Below the pieces are notes generated by a model. It had not been told where the DNA came from and made no database searches. It saw only the letters and a list, made by a program, of their open reading frames with translations. From Lama glama (Eukaryota), in the NCBI GenBank assembly GCA_028534125.1, contig CM052817.1, positions 7,566,001 through 7,629,581 of the forward strand: DNA of 63,581 nt, written 5' to 3'. Of the stretch, positions 23,116 through 36,349 are shown one piece after another (position 1 is the stretch's first letter; every line of letters begins with the position of its first letter). Made by a program: the position numbers and the translations under genes.

Positions 23116-25502
23116 CAAGTGAATATAAGACATAGACCTTGCCATGTAGAAGATCACATGTTACAGAGGAAGCAAATAACAGGCATCATTGTAACATGAT
23201 AATAAAGCCTATAATAGAAAATTCATCAAAATCTCTAAAAAGTCCAGGGAGGGGTCCAAGCTCATATTTCTGTTTGGGTTTGGGTTTCTCAGCACACTAC
23301 AGATTAAAAATGTGCTAAATCAAAATTACAAAACATATAATATGATATAATTGTACTATTCACAAAATAAATCAGGATTTATTCAGGATTTACTAAGAAT
23401 ATAAATTTAAAGCTAATGATAAGCAGCTTAGACTTGAATATAGAGAAAATTTAAACATTTGATTAATGTTTTTCTTCAATCTTGTCAGTGTATTCCTATG
23501 ACAATATAAAGAAATTCACTTGGAGATTATGTAAAAGGTCTAAACTTAAGCCCATGGACAAATATACCTCTTGTTAGCCCCTCACTCCCACTTTGTATTA
23601 GCTTCTAGGATGAAGAAGTACTGTGGGTTTGGGGAAAGTAGGGAAAGTCTTCACAGAAGAAGGGCAATATGTCTGGGCATTGAAGTTTGAGTAGAAGTTT
23701 GTTGGGATGATCTCGCTAGTGGCTCAATGCAGCATGCTCTGGTCCAGAGCTACCATAAACTTGGCTTACCTCTTACCTCTTTGTGTTGGTGAGTTTCTCA
23801 CAGTTTAGTGTATAATTTCATATAGGATGAGTCAGGAAATCTTTCTTATCTATCACCCACTCACTACAGCTCTCAGGACTATTAACCATTGCCATCATTG
23901 AAGCTGGGGCAGAGTTGCCCAGTGTTTAAAGAAACTTTGGCTGGCGTAAAAGTGTTTTACAGGAAGAACACCTGCAGTGAGGAAAGGTTTTGAGGCACTC
24001 CTGCACTCCCTACCCACCCCTACCACTTCCATCCCTCCTGCCACTTTACCATGAGACAAAAAGAAATAGGGATTCCTGTTTAAATATGGTAGGCATTAGC
24101 CAGAGATGTCTACACCAAGGATCCTGTGGCATCATTTTCAATACCCTTGGCTCTCCTACCCCAGGTGTTTTGGACCAAAAGAATAGTGTCCTTCAATGCA
24201 GCCCTCTGCTAATATATTTTTCTCCTTTTGACATTTCAGTCACAATATTCCATGAGTCACATATAGCAAATTAATTACTAGGAGTCCTTTTTATGGCCCA
24301 AATGACACTTCAGCAGCCAATAATAAGTGCTGATATAAATAGACACCTATAGTAAAATCGTATTGAAAGTTTCTCCCCAGGATGAGTTATCAGTTATCTG
24401 ATTCCAATGGTGACAGGATGATAAAGGTTTCTACAGGACAACTTGAATATTTTCAAAAGAAATATTTACAGTGAAATCAGGTTTTATGAGTTTATTTTAT
24501 TTATTTTTTTTCCTCTCAGTTGAATATAATAATAAATCCAATGACAGTCAAAAACATTGTTATTAAGTGAGACTATTTCAATGTAACAATTATATATCCC
24601 ACCTCATTTCAGAGTGGCATTAGGCGGGTTACAAAGATACAAAGTATTTTATAGGAGAAAAATAGTTTAAAATAAATGAAAGTGAAAAAGAAAATGAGTT
24701 GAATGGGAAAATGAAGCAACAGAGAGCTATGAACGGAAATACATGCTCAAAGTTCTTAAAGTTCTTCACAAAAACTAAACGCTGACTGAAATTGTCTCTC
24801 AGAGCTTCCTGACATCCACAGAAATAGGGCAATACCTTTGTGCTACAATAGGCATGTTCTCTGTAATATAGAAATAAGTCAGTTGCTTAGAAATACAGCT
24901 TTTCTAGTTACCAAGTCAGAATTTCTAATTCAAAAACTTAGGGTAATACGGTGGGTAAAACTCTTACATGAATGACATTGTCCCAGTAAACATAGACTCA
25001 TGTAGATATTTCAGATATCCGTCCAAGGCAGAATAAATAACCCTGGTTCTCCATCACTCTCCCCAGATATTTCTCCATAGCGTCTTCACATTTCTTCTTC
25101 CTTACCTGAACCTTAAAAATGGGGAGTCCTCTGTGTTAGTCTCATTTCCTTTGCTCTTCACCCACCTTCCCTGAAAGATAACAAGCTTTCCAAAGGCTTC
25201 ATTATTAACCCGAACCTCCAGCCCAGACCTCCAGAATCCTTTCACCAACTGTCTTCAGTGGCATTTCTGTATTGCTTTTTCACAGTTCCTTAAAATGACT
25301 TCAAAACTGAACTACAGATTCCCCTTCTAGGAGACTTTGTCCTACGGGGCACCATAACACAGTAAGTGCTCATCCCACCTAAAAAGTCATCCTGTCCATC
25401 CAGTCCCTCAACACAGATCCTGGAGAGGTGTGTTTGTCTTTGTTTTTTCTTGTCTTGCTCCCTGAGCTCGTCATTTGTTGACTTTTGCCTATTTTACCTC
25501 TT

Positions 25503-25685
25503 TTTTATTCAAAGTATAGTTGAGTTACAGTATTTCAGGTAATACACCAAAGTGATTCAGATTGTTTTTCAGATTGTTCCCCACTATAGGTTATTACAAG
25601 ATATTGAATCTAGTTCCCTGTGCTATGTAATAGATCTTCATTTTTTATCTATTTTATATACAGTAGTGTCTATCTGTTAACACTG
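25503..25685 (-). mobile_element. Short L1 3' end with TSD, inserted in an L2
   Basis: ggttattacaagatattgaatctagttccctgtgctat; flanked by attttacctctt (25491-25502) and attttacgtctt (25686-25697). Confidence 0.85.
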
Positions 25686-27218
25686 ATTTTACGTCTTGCT
25701 GTAAACCTAGGCACATCTCTCCAGATTCTCCACCACCTGTGAGCACCAGCCAGAGACACCACTTACCCAAATTATGATGATTTACACTTACACTCTGATC
25801 TGGCCACAACCTATTTTCACCCAATAAGTAGCAAGACTCATCTTAGGGTACAAGCCTGCTCATGGACCTCCACAGCTTAAAATCTCCCAGTCTCTCCTTA
25901 ATGTACGGTGAATGTGAGATGTGTGCTTCCTACTGCCACTGTTTTTAAGGTTTTGAGGGCCTGGACTCCACCTCTGTCCACAGCATAGGGGGAGATCAGC
26001 TCCCACGGGTTGGGCTCCCATAGCACCATGCTCTCTCCCACTCTGTGTCTTTCCCCCTAGGCTTTAAACTCAGTCTGTGCAAAGACCACGTAGAGTTTTC
26101 CTCACCCTTTAAGCCCCGTGCCTGCCACGTTGCCTGGCATTTTGTTAAGGCTCAAATCTTTGCTTGTTAGGTGCATGAATGAATAAATGCCTGAATGGAC
26201 AACTGAATGCCTACATGTCCTATTTCAAGGGTCGCAAACTATAAAATGATTCATGTGTAAGCCCTTTGCTAAAGGGGCACTTTGAGGAATTAGAAACTCA
26301 GGCTCCAAGGAGAAGAGACTAGGCCTTCTCCTCCTGCCATTCCCTTCATTTCTCTTTCCTGGTGGTCCACTTGGACCCCAGCCATTGGAAGTCCCGGTGC
26401 CAATTTGTCTCACGTCATGAACTGATGTGCTCCATAAACTGCCCATAATGTGCGAGAATGTGGCTCCTGGGCTTTCGTGCTCACCATGAGAATCGCCTGT
26501 TCTGCTCACATAGCATCTTTATTATCCGCATGGAGACATAGAGCCCCATGTCGGGAAAAGCTAGAGGTCTGCTCTTCAGAGCCAGATATTTGACTCTATT
26601 GCTGCTCAAACATGTCTTTTCCACTTGAGATATCAAAGGGCTTTGCCACTATATTTCTTATCTGAAACCACTGGGAAAGAATTTCCCATAAACCAACTTA
26701 GCAAATATTTATTGAGTGCCTCATGTGGTCTCAGCTTTCAATGGGCCTAGAGAGACTGTCTAGCCAAACTTCCTTATTTTACCAAGGAAATCGCAGAACC
26801 CTGAATCGTAGACCCCTGATCGCAAATCCATTCAATAACTTTCTATGCTCGAATATAAAACTGCGTGCTATGCTCTCCCTGTCTTCAGCAAGCTAACGTA
26901 TTTAGGGGGGAAGGCGGCTAACAAGCAAATGGGCAGTAACAACACAGGTTGACTGCCTAACGTAGTGCTTGGTATATAGTAAGCACGCAATGGTGTCCTC
27001 CTAAATAAATGAACGATTAGATGAATAAATTAACTGATCAATCAATTAAAGAATGCAACATAATGTGGTCCTTATAAGTTTTCTTTATTTTTATGTGACT
27101 GTTCATTAATGACCGCTTTTCTCGTCTAGACATTAAGTTGATGAGAAGACACACTTTCTGTTGTTCACTTACTATTGGGCCCCCAGTGTTTCACACAGGA
27201 CCCGGAACACGGAACGCT

Positions 27219-27830
27219 TGATTCTCATTATAGATTCTGCTTTGGAAAATTTACCTACTCAATAAAATGTACTTTAACCCCAAAACCAATATCCATGGCA
27301 CTTTGGTCAGTTACAAACACGCACAAAGTGGCAAAAAAATTGAGCTGCTGACACACAAGTTCCCAGCCGAGGTCAGACAAGGCGACCCTCCCTTCTTGTT
27401 TCAGCTCTAGCACTGTAAGCAAGTATCCTTCTCCCAGTCTGTTTAGTCCCCGTATTGCGCAACGTTGTGTGTCTTGTTGGTGATGTCAGTGTTTAAGTGG
27501 TCCTCTAGCGCAGAGCTGGAGTGCTACCTCGTGCTTCCAAGTGCAAGAAGGGCTTCACAGGCAAAGCACGTGTGTCAGAGGAGCCTCATTCAGGCACGAG
27601 CCATCGTGCTGTTGGAGGTGAGTTCAGTGCTAATAAATCAACAGTATGTATTAGATAAGATATATCTGACCTTAAATGGAATGGCACATAAAACAAGATT
27701 CTGTATTGATTGGTGAAAATGTTGTGACCAGAGGCTTGCAGGAACCTGATTCTGTATTTCCTCTGGGAGCAATGGCTCGATATTTGCTGATCCGATATTT
27801 GTGGTACCTTCATAGAACATAACTATGGAG
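27219..27830. mobile_element. MER82-like TcMar-Tigger non-autonomous DNA transposon
   Basis: aaccccaaaaccaat, ttcccagccgaggtc, ccttcttgtttcagctct, gaaaatgttgtgaccagaggcttgcaggaacct, atagaacataactat follow the recalled MER82 consensus in order. Confidence 0.85.
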
Positions 27831-27872
27831 TATATTCAGAACCAACTGTATAGGCTCAATATGTATACAATA

Positions 27873-27975
27873 AAGGGAGGGAGGAAGAAGAGGAAGGGAG
27901 CAAGGAAAGAAAAGAAAAAAGGAAAGAAGGGAAAAGGAAGGAGGGGAGGGAGAGAGACAGAGGAAGGATGGGAAG
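27873..27975. repeat. Polypurine tract
   Basis: agggagggaggaagaagagg...gagggagagagacagaggaagg. Confidence 0.85.
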
Positions 27976-28189
27976 ACGTCTGCTTGTGGCAAGAAGGACA
28001 AGTACTTTGTGAGAGCAGGGGAGGGGCGAAGTGTCAGACGCATCACAGCACCCACTTATACTCACTCCCAGGTCTCACTCCACGGCGCTGCAGCCAGGAG
28101 GGCGTACTGTGCATGAGGGTGGTCACACTCTCAGGGGTTTGTGCTCACAGGGGAGGCCTCGGAGGCCACACGTGCTGTAAGCCAAACTA

Positions 28190-28395
28190 CTCAACGCCCA
28201 AGTTCAAAGCCAGGCTTTCCAGACTCCTTGCTGCATGACTCTGGGGAAACCAGCCGAATCCTTCTCTACCCCCTAATCTGTAAACCCAGGATAGTAATAG
28301 CACTTATCTCATAAGGCTAGAGTGAAGCTTAAATGAACGAATAAACATAAAACACCCCCAAGCTTGGCATATCTTCAGCATGTAATAAATATTAG
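28190..28395 (+). mobile_element. MIR
   Basis: gttcaaagccaggct...ctgcatgactctgggga...atctgtaaa...atagtaatagcacttatctcataagg. Confidence 0.7.
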
Positions 28396-28469
28396 CTTTT
28401 TTTCAATTGTTTTATTTCAACTGATTTTTTAAATACAGTGACAAGAATGGACCAAGTACTAAAAGCAGA

Positions 28470-28835
28470 GCTGTATCTCTTACATCCCTGAGGATTCAGT
28501 TCACTTGCAATATAGTAGTGTCTTAAATAAGAGTTCAGCTTTTCTCTTGGGTAAAATACATCCAGGAACAGACCAGGCTGGGATCTCGGCACACCAGAGA
28601 CATCGCCAGACACCCAAGCAACTTCTATCATTCTGTTCCACCCTCAGTGTTGCCTCATGGTCACAACATGACCGCTGCAGCCCCACCTATAACATCTGCA
28701 TGCCAGGCAGCAGGGACGAGGAAGTGTGTAGAGGACAAGGTTTACTTCTCAGCCAAGTTACCCCTCTTTAAAAAGCTTCTCCAGTGGCTCTCAATATTTT
28801 TAATTCATTTGCACTGTCTGGGCTAAAGCCAGGGC
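28470..28835 (-). mobile_element. Old MaLR LTR (MLT1J/K-like)
   Basis: ctcatggtcacaacatgaccgctgcagcccca...acatctgcatgccaggcag. Confidence 0.6.
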
Positions 28836-30084
28836 ACGGTACATGAGTAGACACTGGCCGGTGGCATCACTTAGAGTCAAGCTTTCTTCTTCCACCTACA
28901 CTACTATGGAGAGACCCACCACTTCACAGGCAAATGGGACATCCCTTTGGACTCCTCCAGACTCCACTGTTACTAAGTTAAAGGAGAATGTAGCACATAT
29001 CTACGTGCTCTGTCTCACATCCTGGTTCACCTGCCTTTTTACACTAGACATTGTGTTAGCCATCAGTTGCGGACAGGTGTGACCTGACTGCAGAATTTTG
29101 GGTTCTCAAATAGTAAATTTTCCACCTCTCTACGCCTTTGTCCATGCTGTTCTCTCCTTCAAGAACGCCCTTTATCATCAGCTACCTAGTGAAAATTTCT
29201 CATCTCCCAAGACTGAGCAAGCATCACTCTTCCATGATGGTTTTCCTGCCTGCCCTGTGCCCCTGTAGGTTTACCTCATTCTTTTATGCTTGTGACATCT
29301 CATACCTGCCTTGACTGTAGCTCTGGGTTACACTTTATCTGCTCATATGCCCATTTTCCTCATTCAACAGTGAGGATTTTCAGGGAGGGGGCTGTCACTC
29401 GCTCATTCAGATAATCCTATTGCCTATCACAATTTTTTGACATATAATGGGCACGCAGTGAGTTAATAGATAAATGAGTGAATAAATAAAATTAGGATGA
29501 ATATATTAATGGAAACAAAAACCCTCATGCTGTGCTCCTCTCAGGGTTTCTGTGTTACAGAAAATAGTAAAATGAATCTGCCCCATCCCTGAGTTTCAGC
29601 CAAGGCCCTGAAACTGAAAACCATGTAGGAAGAACTTGCAAAGATGGTGCCACTAAACTGGTCCTCCAACATTAACCCATTACCTACCTCCAGGATATAT
29701 AAGGCAAGACAGAGGAGAATTTATTAGGAAGTAGCTTGGTGATGGAGATTTCAAGGAGAGTGCTGTGTTTGGAATGTAACATATTTCCTTTACCTTTTCT
29801 AAGGAGTAGGGTGTGTTCACCTACTCACATGCCCAGCCTAAAACTTAAATCAACTATGGGAGCCTTCAGAAAACTATTTGGACAGCTCAACACATGCCTT
29901 GAGCAACAAAGGGTCTGGTATTTTAATCATTCCTAAAGAAAAATAAAATAGCAACAGAGAAGAAGTTGAGTGGACATGCCTCTAACAGCAGAACAAAGAG
30001 AGAAGGGGTCATTGAGAAGGTCTGCACATCCAAATTTTTGATGACTTTTTGATGTGTCCGTCCCTTTTGTGGCATTGTTGTCAG

Positions 30085-30385
30085 AATTTATCTCCTTGCA
30101 GTTGTAGGATGGAGGGTTTCAGCTGAAAGCTACCCTCATCTCCTTGTGACATGGGACTCCCAACGTGACTACTTCCTTCTTCAAAGTCGGCTAGAGAGAA
30201 AGCCTCAGAAGCAAGTCTACTAGCGAGACAAAGTTTCATGTAATGTAAAAAATCATAGAAATGGCATCCCATCAACTTCACCACATTCTGTTGGTTGTAA
30301 ACGAATCACAGGTCCTGCTGACACTCAAGGGGAGGGGCTTATACATAAGCTCACCGCTGGGTCACTTTTAGGTCTATCTGCCACA
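30085..30385 (-). mobile_element. MaLR LTR (MLT1E-like)
   Basis: cccatcaacttcaccacattctgttggtt...cacaggtcctgctgacactcaaggggagggg...tctgccaca. Confidence 0.7.
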
Positions 30386-31004
30386 CGACCTCTCATCTTT
30401 GGGTTCTGTCCTATTAGCTTTTTTTTTTTTTTTTTTTTGTCACTGAGAGGTGGACAGAAGTATCAGAATTTCAGCTCCAAGCCTAGCTGTTAAGAGGCAT
30501 CTCATGTGTTCACTGCTCTCACTTGTATGTCTACCATCGTCATGCAGAGTGGTTTCCTGAGTGACCACTTGTCCAAGGAAACTGAGAGACACATGGAGTA
30601 GACTTGGACACAGACTGTCTCTTGGAGCCAATCACCGCTAGGTCAGCCACCTTCCATCTGACCTATAGACCTATTAGCAGTGTAGTTGTTGTTTTAAGCT
30701 ACTGACTCTTGGGACCGTTTGCCGTGCAGCACTGTTTTATCAATAGCTGACTACTGTAATACCTAAGTGCAAATCTAAATTTTCTGGGATCTTCCTGGGA
30801 TTTTGGGCTACAGGGTAGAAGAAATCACTGCAGAAGAGGTTATGAGGTAAATGAGAAGAGTTAATATTGGTTTCTTTTTTTTTCCTCTTATCTAATCTGT
30901 ACTTGATTCTTATTCTTAAAGCTAATAGTCAGAGGAAAGGACAGGGATGGTTTGATATTTATCGGGTGTTTACTTATTTACATGAATATATACTTATTTA
31001 CATA

Positions 31005-31563
31005 CATTTTAATTGAAGTATAGTAAGTTATAATGTGTCAATTTCTGGTGTACAGCACAATGTCCCAGTTATATATATATATATATATATATATATTCAT
31101 TCTCATATTCTTTTTCATTAAAAGTTATTAAAAGATATTGAATATAGTTCCCTGTGCTATACAGAAGAAATTTGTTTTTTGTCTATTTTTATATGCAGTG
31201 GTTAACATTTGCAAATCTCAAACTCCCAAATTTATCCCCTCCCACCTGCTTTTCCCCAGTAACCATAAGATTGTTCACTATATCTGCAAGTCTGTTTCTA
31301 TTTTGTAGCTGAGTTCATTAGTATCGTCTTTTTTCTTCTTCTTTTTCTTCTTTTTTTTTTTTTTTGGTTCCACATATAAGTGATATCACATTTTTCTTTT
31401 TCCTCCTGGTTTACTTCACTTAGAATAATGATCTCCAGGTCCCTCCATGTTGCTGTAAATGGTATTATTTTATTCTTTTTATGGCTGAGTAGCATTCCAT
31501 TATACAAAGAGAACACAACTTCTTCATACAGACATTCAGTTTGCTTCCATGTCTTGACTGTTG
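31005..31563 (-). mobile_element. Lineage-specific L1 3' end with an internal (TA)n run
   Basis: ttaattgaagtatag...tctggtgtacagcacaatgtcccag...atagttccctgtgctatacag...ccatgttgctgtaaatgg. Confidence 0.9.
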
Positions 31564-31594
<31 letters not shown>

Positions 31595-31599
31595 GTATT

Positions 31600-31792
31600 T
31601 GATATTTATTGACTCCTGTCTACCAGGTCTGTGTTATGGGGTTCCCATGACATTGCACTTTAGGTTCAACCGCTCAGCTAGCTGAGTGCTACCAGCTCTT
31701 CTTGCCAAGTGAGGAAACTAGGTGTTAGAGGTTCAGTAATGTGAACAAAGTCATTTCTTCTAGTCGCTGTCCAAGCCAGAATTTGAACCCAG
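31600..31792 (-). mobile_element. MIR
   Basis: atttattgactcc...gtgaggaaactaggt...gccagaatttgaacccag. Confidence 0.7.
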
Positions 31793-32864
31793 AAAAGAAA
31801 AAAAAAACTTCTCAGTATATGTCTATATGTGTTAAGAATGAAGAGAGAATTCAACAGTTGCTAAGATAATTTAGGGCAGCCCTCACCCTGGAGTCTTCAG
31901 TTTCTCTCCCTAAATAAACATCTAAGGAAAAGGGTCAGGGGTGGAGGAGGGAATTGAACTGGGCAATATGTTTGGGGGTTAAGCAGATGGACCCAGAGTC
32001 AGGAAACCTGGTGAAGAACCTGGCTTTGTCATGTTCCAGGGGCATCACCTTGAGCAAATTATTTAATCTCCTTGATCCTCAGTTTCTTAAACTGTAAAAC
32101 ACACACACACAAAAATAGGTGAAGGGAAATAATCACATTTATGTCTTACAGGATTTCATGAGAATGCACTAGCCCTTAGCCAACTACTTGGCACACATTA
32201 ATGCCCAATACGTTAGAACATTTACCCAAATGCTCTATGTCTGCTGCCCCAAGTCAACAGATAAATGTTCACCTTCCTATTTTCTTAATGTTTAGTAAGT
32301 GCAAGATAATATTGACTTCCCACTGCACTCAAGTCAGCCTGGCTTAATCTATAATGAATCTCAATATTGAGTAACAACTGTGTGACTTGAATCTATCTCT
32401 TCTGTAACCAACTCTTGGCTCCTCCCACTAAAACATGCTACATTTTATATCCAAATAGCTAATAGCAGTGGTGTTCAATCAAAACCATAGTTATTTCATG
32501 ATGATAAACACATCTCTTTCAGAAAAAATGTATAAAGAGGTCAAACAGCAGAGTGGAAGGAGCGAAAACAGGGGCCTTAGTGCTAGACAGACCTTGGATC
32601 TTGGGCTGTCTTCTCCAGTCTCCTCAGTTACCGCCCATGCTTTGTGGGAATTAAGTGGGGTAACATGACATGTGTGCAAGACAGTAACAGATATCTAAGA
32701 AGAATTCGCCATGTGCTGGCTTGTTCCTCCTGTACTTCTTTTCCTTTGAACGTATTTTTGTTCTGGGGAGGAGGGACTTTCTAATCAGTTAGTGCAAAGA
32801 ACACCTGAAAGTTCTGCTTGTGGGGAAGATGTGTTTAAGTCCATGTTAATAAGCTTAATAAAAG

Positions 32865-32959
32865 CGAGGAAAGAAAAGAGAGAGAGAAGAGGGGAGAGGA
32901 AGGAAAAAAGGAAGGGAGGGAGAAGGAAAGAAAAAGAAAGAAAGGAGGAAAGAAAGAAA

Positions 32960-33042
<83 letters not shown>

Positions 33043-33135
33043 GAAGAAAGAAAGAAAGAAAGGGAAAGGAAGAAAGAGGAAAGAAAAAGAAAGAAGAAGG
33101 AAGGAAGGGAGAAAAAGGCAGGAAGAAGAGAGAAA
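32865..33135. repeat. About 270-bp polypurine tract with a (GAAA)n tetranucleotide core
   Basis: Almost entirely A/G; perfect gaaa repeats at about 32962-33040. Confidence 0.95.
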
Positions 33136-34306
33136 ACCATGTTAGGTGGGACAGAAAAATCTCTTCAATCGCTCATTCTGTTGTCTTCTGGGGAAGCAGT
33201 TTCTCCCTCTTTTGGACAATGGGGAGCTCATCCTCTGCCTTTAAACACAGCTGCTGAAGGATCCCAAAGTATCACCCACCAGCGAGATGTTTACTCGAGA
33301 GCTTAAGTAGAGGCTCAGAAAACAAACACTCTGGTGTGAGGGTGGAAGCCCCGGGGTCCCTCTCTTTCGACTTTTGGAGTCGCTGCCACCACCTTGCAGC
33401 TCCCAATGTCTAAGAAGACCTGAACTTAGACCTTGAGTGGAAGGGGAAAGTGTGTGGTGTTTGTACAGCTGAAAACAAGATGAAAAACCCCAGGCTCCCT
33501 CTCACACCCCATTAGGCCCTGAAGTCCATGGAGTGCTGCACTCAACACATAAACACTCTGCTTGGGGCAGCCGTGGCCGGGGAGGGCGAGGGAGAGAGGG
33601 CGTCTCAGACAAGAACAATGGCATGTCTGTGAGGAGACAGGCGCGCCGGTCCTGCGGCGCCTCATCCCGGGACGCAGGCATCATCACTCCCACCTGGTGC
33701 ATTGCAGTCACCCTCAAGGCCTTTTGGGACTGATGATGGGACAACAGGTAAGGGGATAGCCATCCAGCAAATAAACACTCTTGGACCAAGGAGTGAACAG
33801 CCCTCTTTCCTCCTCCAGGGCGGGAGAGGGGAAGAAAAAAAGAATTTAGAGCCCACAATACTGGGCTCCAGCATAGTCCCAGCACTGCTGGCTGTGGCAC
33901 TGTGAGCACTTAAGAAAGGTCTCTGGCCTTCGTGAACCCCCATCCTTTGGCCATTGCTCTATCTGCATGGGATGGTCTCCACCAGCCACACCTGCTTTCT
34001 CTGGGGATATTCTTACCTATCTTTCTAGACAAAGGTCCCATGCCCTGTCCTCAGAGAAGGCTTTTTATTATTCTCCAGGCTAATACTTATTCACTCCTGC
34101 TTCTGTGTCCCCACAGCGTGCCGTAAGCACATTTCCACTGAAGGGCTGTTCATGGTGTGTTGGAATTTACAGGCCTGTATTTCCCCTCTGCCTCTCAGTA
34201 GAGGACCATGTATTTCAATTTTCTGAGGTGGCAGAGACCATGCCCTAGTTTCTCGCCTTAATCCCTGCAAAAGCAGCTTTACACGTGCACTCCTTGCATT
34301 TGCTGC

Positions 34307-35124
34307 TGTTGGAGGTTGAATTGTGACCTCCCCCCACCAGAAAAGATATATTGGAGTCTTAACCCCTGGTAACCAGAGTGTGGCTTCATTCGGACACTGA
34401 GCCTTGCAGGTGCAACCAAGTTGCGATGAGGAGATACTAGGTTAGGATGGGCCCTAAATCCAATGAATGGTGTTCGTATAAGGAGAGGGAGATTTGGAGG
34501 CTGCTGGGGGCTGAACTGAGTCCTCCCCAGATTCATATGTCGAAGCCCTAACTTCCAACACGATGGTGTTTGGGGATGGGGCCTTTGGAAGGTAATTAGG
34601 GAGCCCTTATGATGGGGTTTGTTTTCTTCTAAGAAGAGGCTCCTGCAAGCTTTCACTTGCTTTCTCACAGTTAACACGAAAAAGAGGTCATCTGAGCACA
34701 CAGTCGAACGGCGGCCACCGACAAGCCGAGAGAAGAATTGTCAGAATGAACCTTCCCTGCTGGCACCTTGATCTTGAACTTCCCAGACTCCAGAACTGTA
34801 AGAAACACTTTCTATTATTTAAGTCATCAGAGCTATGGTGTTTTGTTATAGCAGCCTGAACTGACCAAGACAGAGCCACAGAGCCATCCACAGAGGGAAG
34901 AAAGCCACATGAGGACAGGGGTAGAAATGGGGAGAATGTAGTTACAAAATGAGCGTCTCCAAGGATTGCTAATAACCACTAGAAAGAGGCAAAGGAGGGT
35001 TATTTTCTAGAGCCTTCAGAAGAGTGCGATCTTGACAACACCTTGATTTCAGGCTATGAATGAACAATTTTCTGTTGCTTTAATTAAGCAAGCCAGTTGG
35101 TGGCAACCACAGGGAACTAACGCA
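34307..35124 (+). mobile_element. MLT1B/C-type solo LTR split by a nested LTR
   Basis: tgttggaggttgaattgtg...gggccctaaatccaatga...[insert]...ctagagccttcaga...acaccttgatttcag...ggaactaacgca. Confidence 0.8.
34502..34872 (+). mobile_element. MLT1A-type solo LTR nested in the MLT1B/C LTR
   Basis: TG...CA termini; cagattcatatgtcgaagccctaac; ggcaccttgatcttgaacttcccag; ttgttatagcagcctgaactgaccaagaca; 5-bp flanks gaggc/gagcc. Confidence 0.85.
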
Positions 35125-35535
35125 GATGTAAATCCCTCTTCATTCCTCTTGATTTGACTGATTTTTGACCCTTCCTATCTTTCCTTGGGATTCAGGACTC
35201 GAACCTGACTCAATATTTCCCTTTTACTAGTTCTTTCCCCGCAGCTAATATAAATACCCCAGTCTCCCGTATTTAATACAACAGCACAATGCCCTTCTGG
35301 GACTCTTAAGTCCCCATCTAGAAAGGAAGAATCTCTCCTTCCCTCACAGCTGAATTCCTCACTCTTCATCCTACTAAAATCAAAGTGTGTCCCTACTGCT
35401 ACACAGAAATCATTCTGCAAAAGTCATGAATTATCAAACTCTGTCGTTTCTTTTTAACGTCTACCTCACTTTGCTGCACTGGGTAAAATCTACCTGTCTT
35501 TGCTGCATGGGGAAAAGTCTACCCGTCTCTCTTTC

Positions 35536-35863
35536 TGTCTTAGCCCAGCTGGGTGGCTATAACACAGCACTACAGACTGAGTAGCTTATAAACAAGACAT
35601 TTATTTCTCACAGTTCTAGAGGCTGGAAATCTGAGATGAGAGCGCCAGCATGGTCAGATGAGGACCCGCTTTCTGGTCTCAGAACTCTTGCAGGCTCGCG
35701 TGATGGAAGGGGCAAGGGAGCTCTGTGGGGGTCTCTTTTATAAGAGCACTGACCCCATGACCTACTCACCTCCCAAAGCCTCCACCTATTAATACCATCA
35801 TCCTTGGGGGTTAGGATTGCAGCATATGAACTGGAGAACAGACGCAGCATTCAGACCATAGCA
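35536..35863 (-). mobile_element. MLT1A-type solo LTR
   Basis: tgtcttagccc...atttatttctcacagttctagaggctgg...cattcagaccatagca; 5-bp flanks ctttc/cattc. Confidence 0.85.
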
Positions 35864-35988
35864 CATTCCCTTGGCTTCTGGGACATCACTGTTACTCCAT
35901 CTACCTCTATGCTCATTTCTTCTTAAGTCTCTTTGTGGGCTCTGTTTCTTCTGCCTTACCCTTATTTGTTCATAGGATAGAGTGTTCT

Positions 35989-36230
35989 TTTTTTTCTCTC
36001 TCTCTCTTATTTCTTTTTTTTAATTGAAGTACAGTCAGTTACAATGTGTCAGTTTCTGGTGTACAGCACAATGTCCCAGTCATGCATATACGTACATATG
36101 TTCGTTTTCATGTTCTTTTTCATTAAAGGTTATTATAAGATATTGAATATAGCCCCCAGTGCTATACAAAAGAAATTTGGGGTTTTTTAAATCTATTTTT
36201 ATATATAGTGACTATTATTTGCAAAAATGT
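35989..36230 (-). mobile_element. Short lineage-specific L1 3' end with a 16-bp TSD
   Basis: taattgaagtacagtcagttacaatgtgtcagtttctggtgtacagcacaatgtcccagtcatgc; flanked by taggatagagtgttct (35973-35988) and taggacagagtgttct (36231-36246). Confidence 0.92.
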
Positions 36231-36349
36231 TAGGACAGAGTGTTCTGATCTCAGTCCTCTTCATGTTTTATTTTATACACTTTTCTTAATCAATTTCATT
36301 CATGGGATGTCTTCAATGACCATCTACTTATTAACTAATCTCCATATCA

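Noticed and set aside
32792..33145. K/E/R-rich and F/L/S-rich ORFs
   Set aside because: Translations of the (GAAA)n tract
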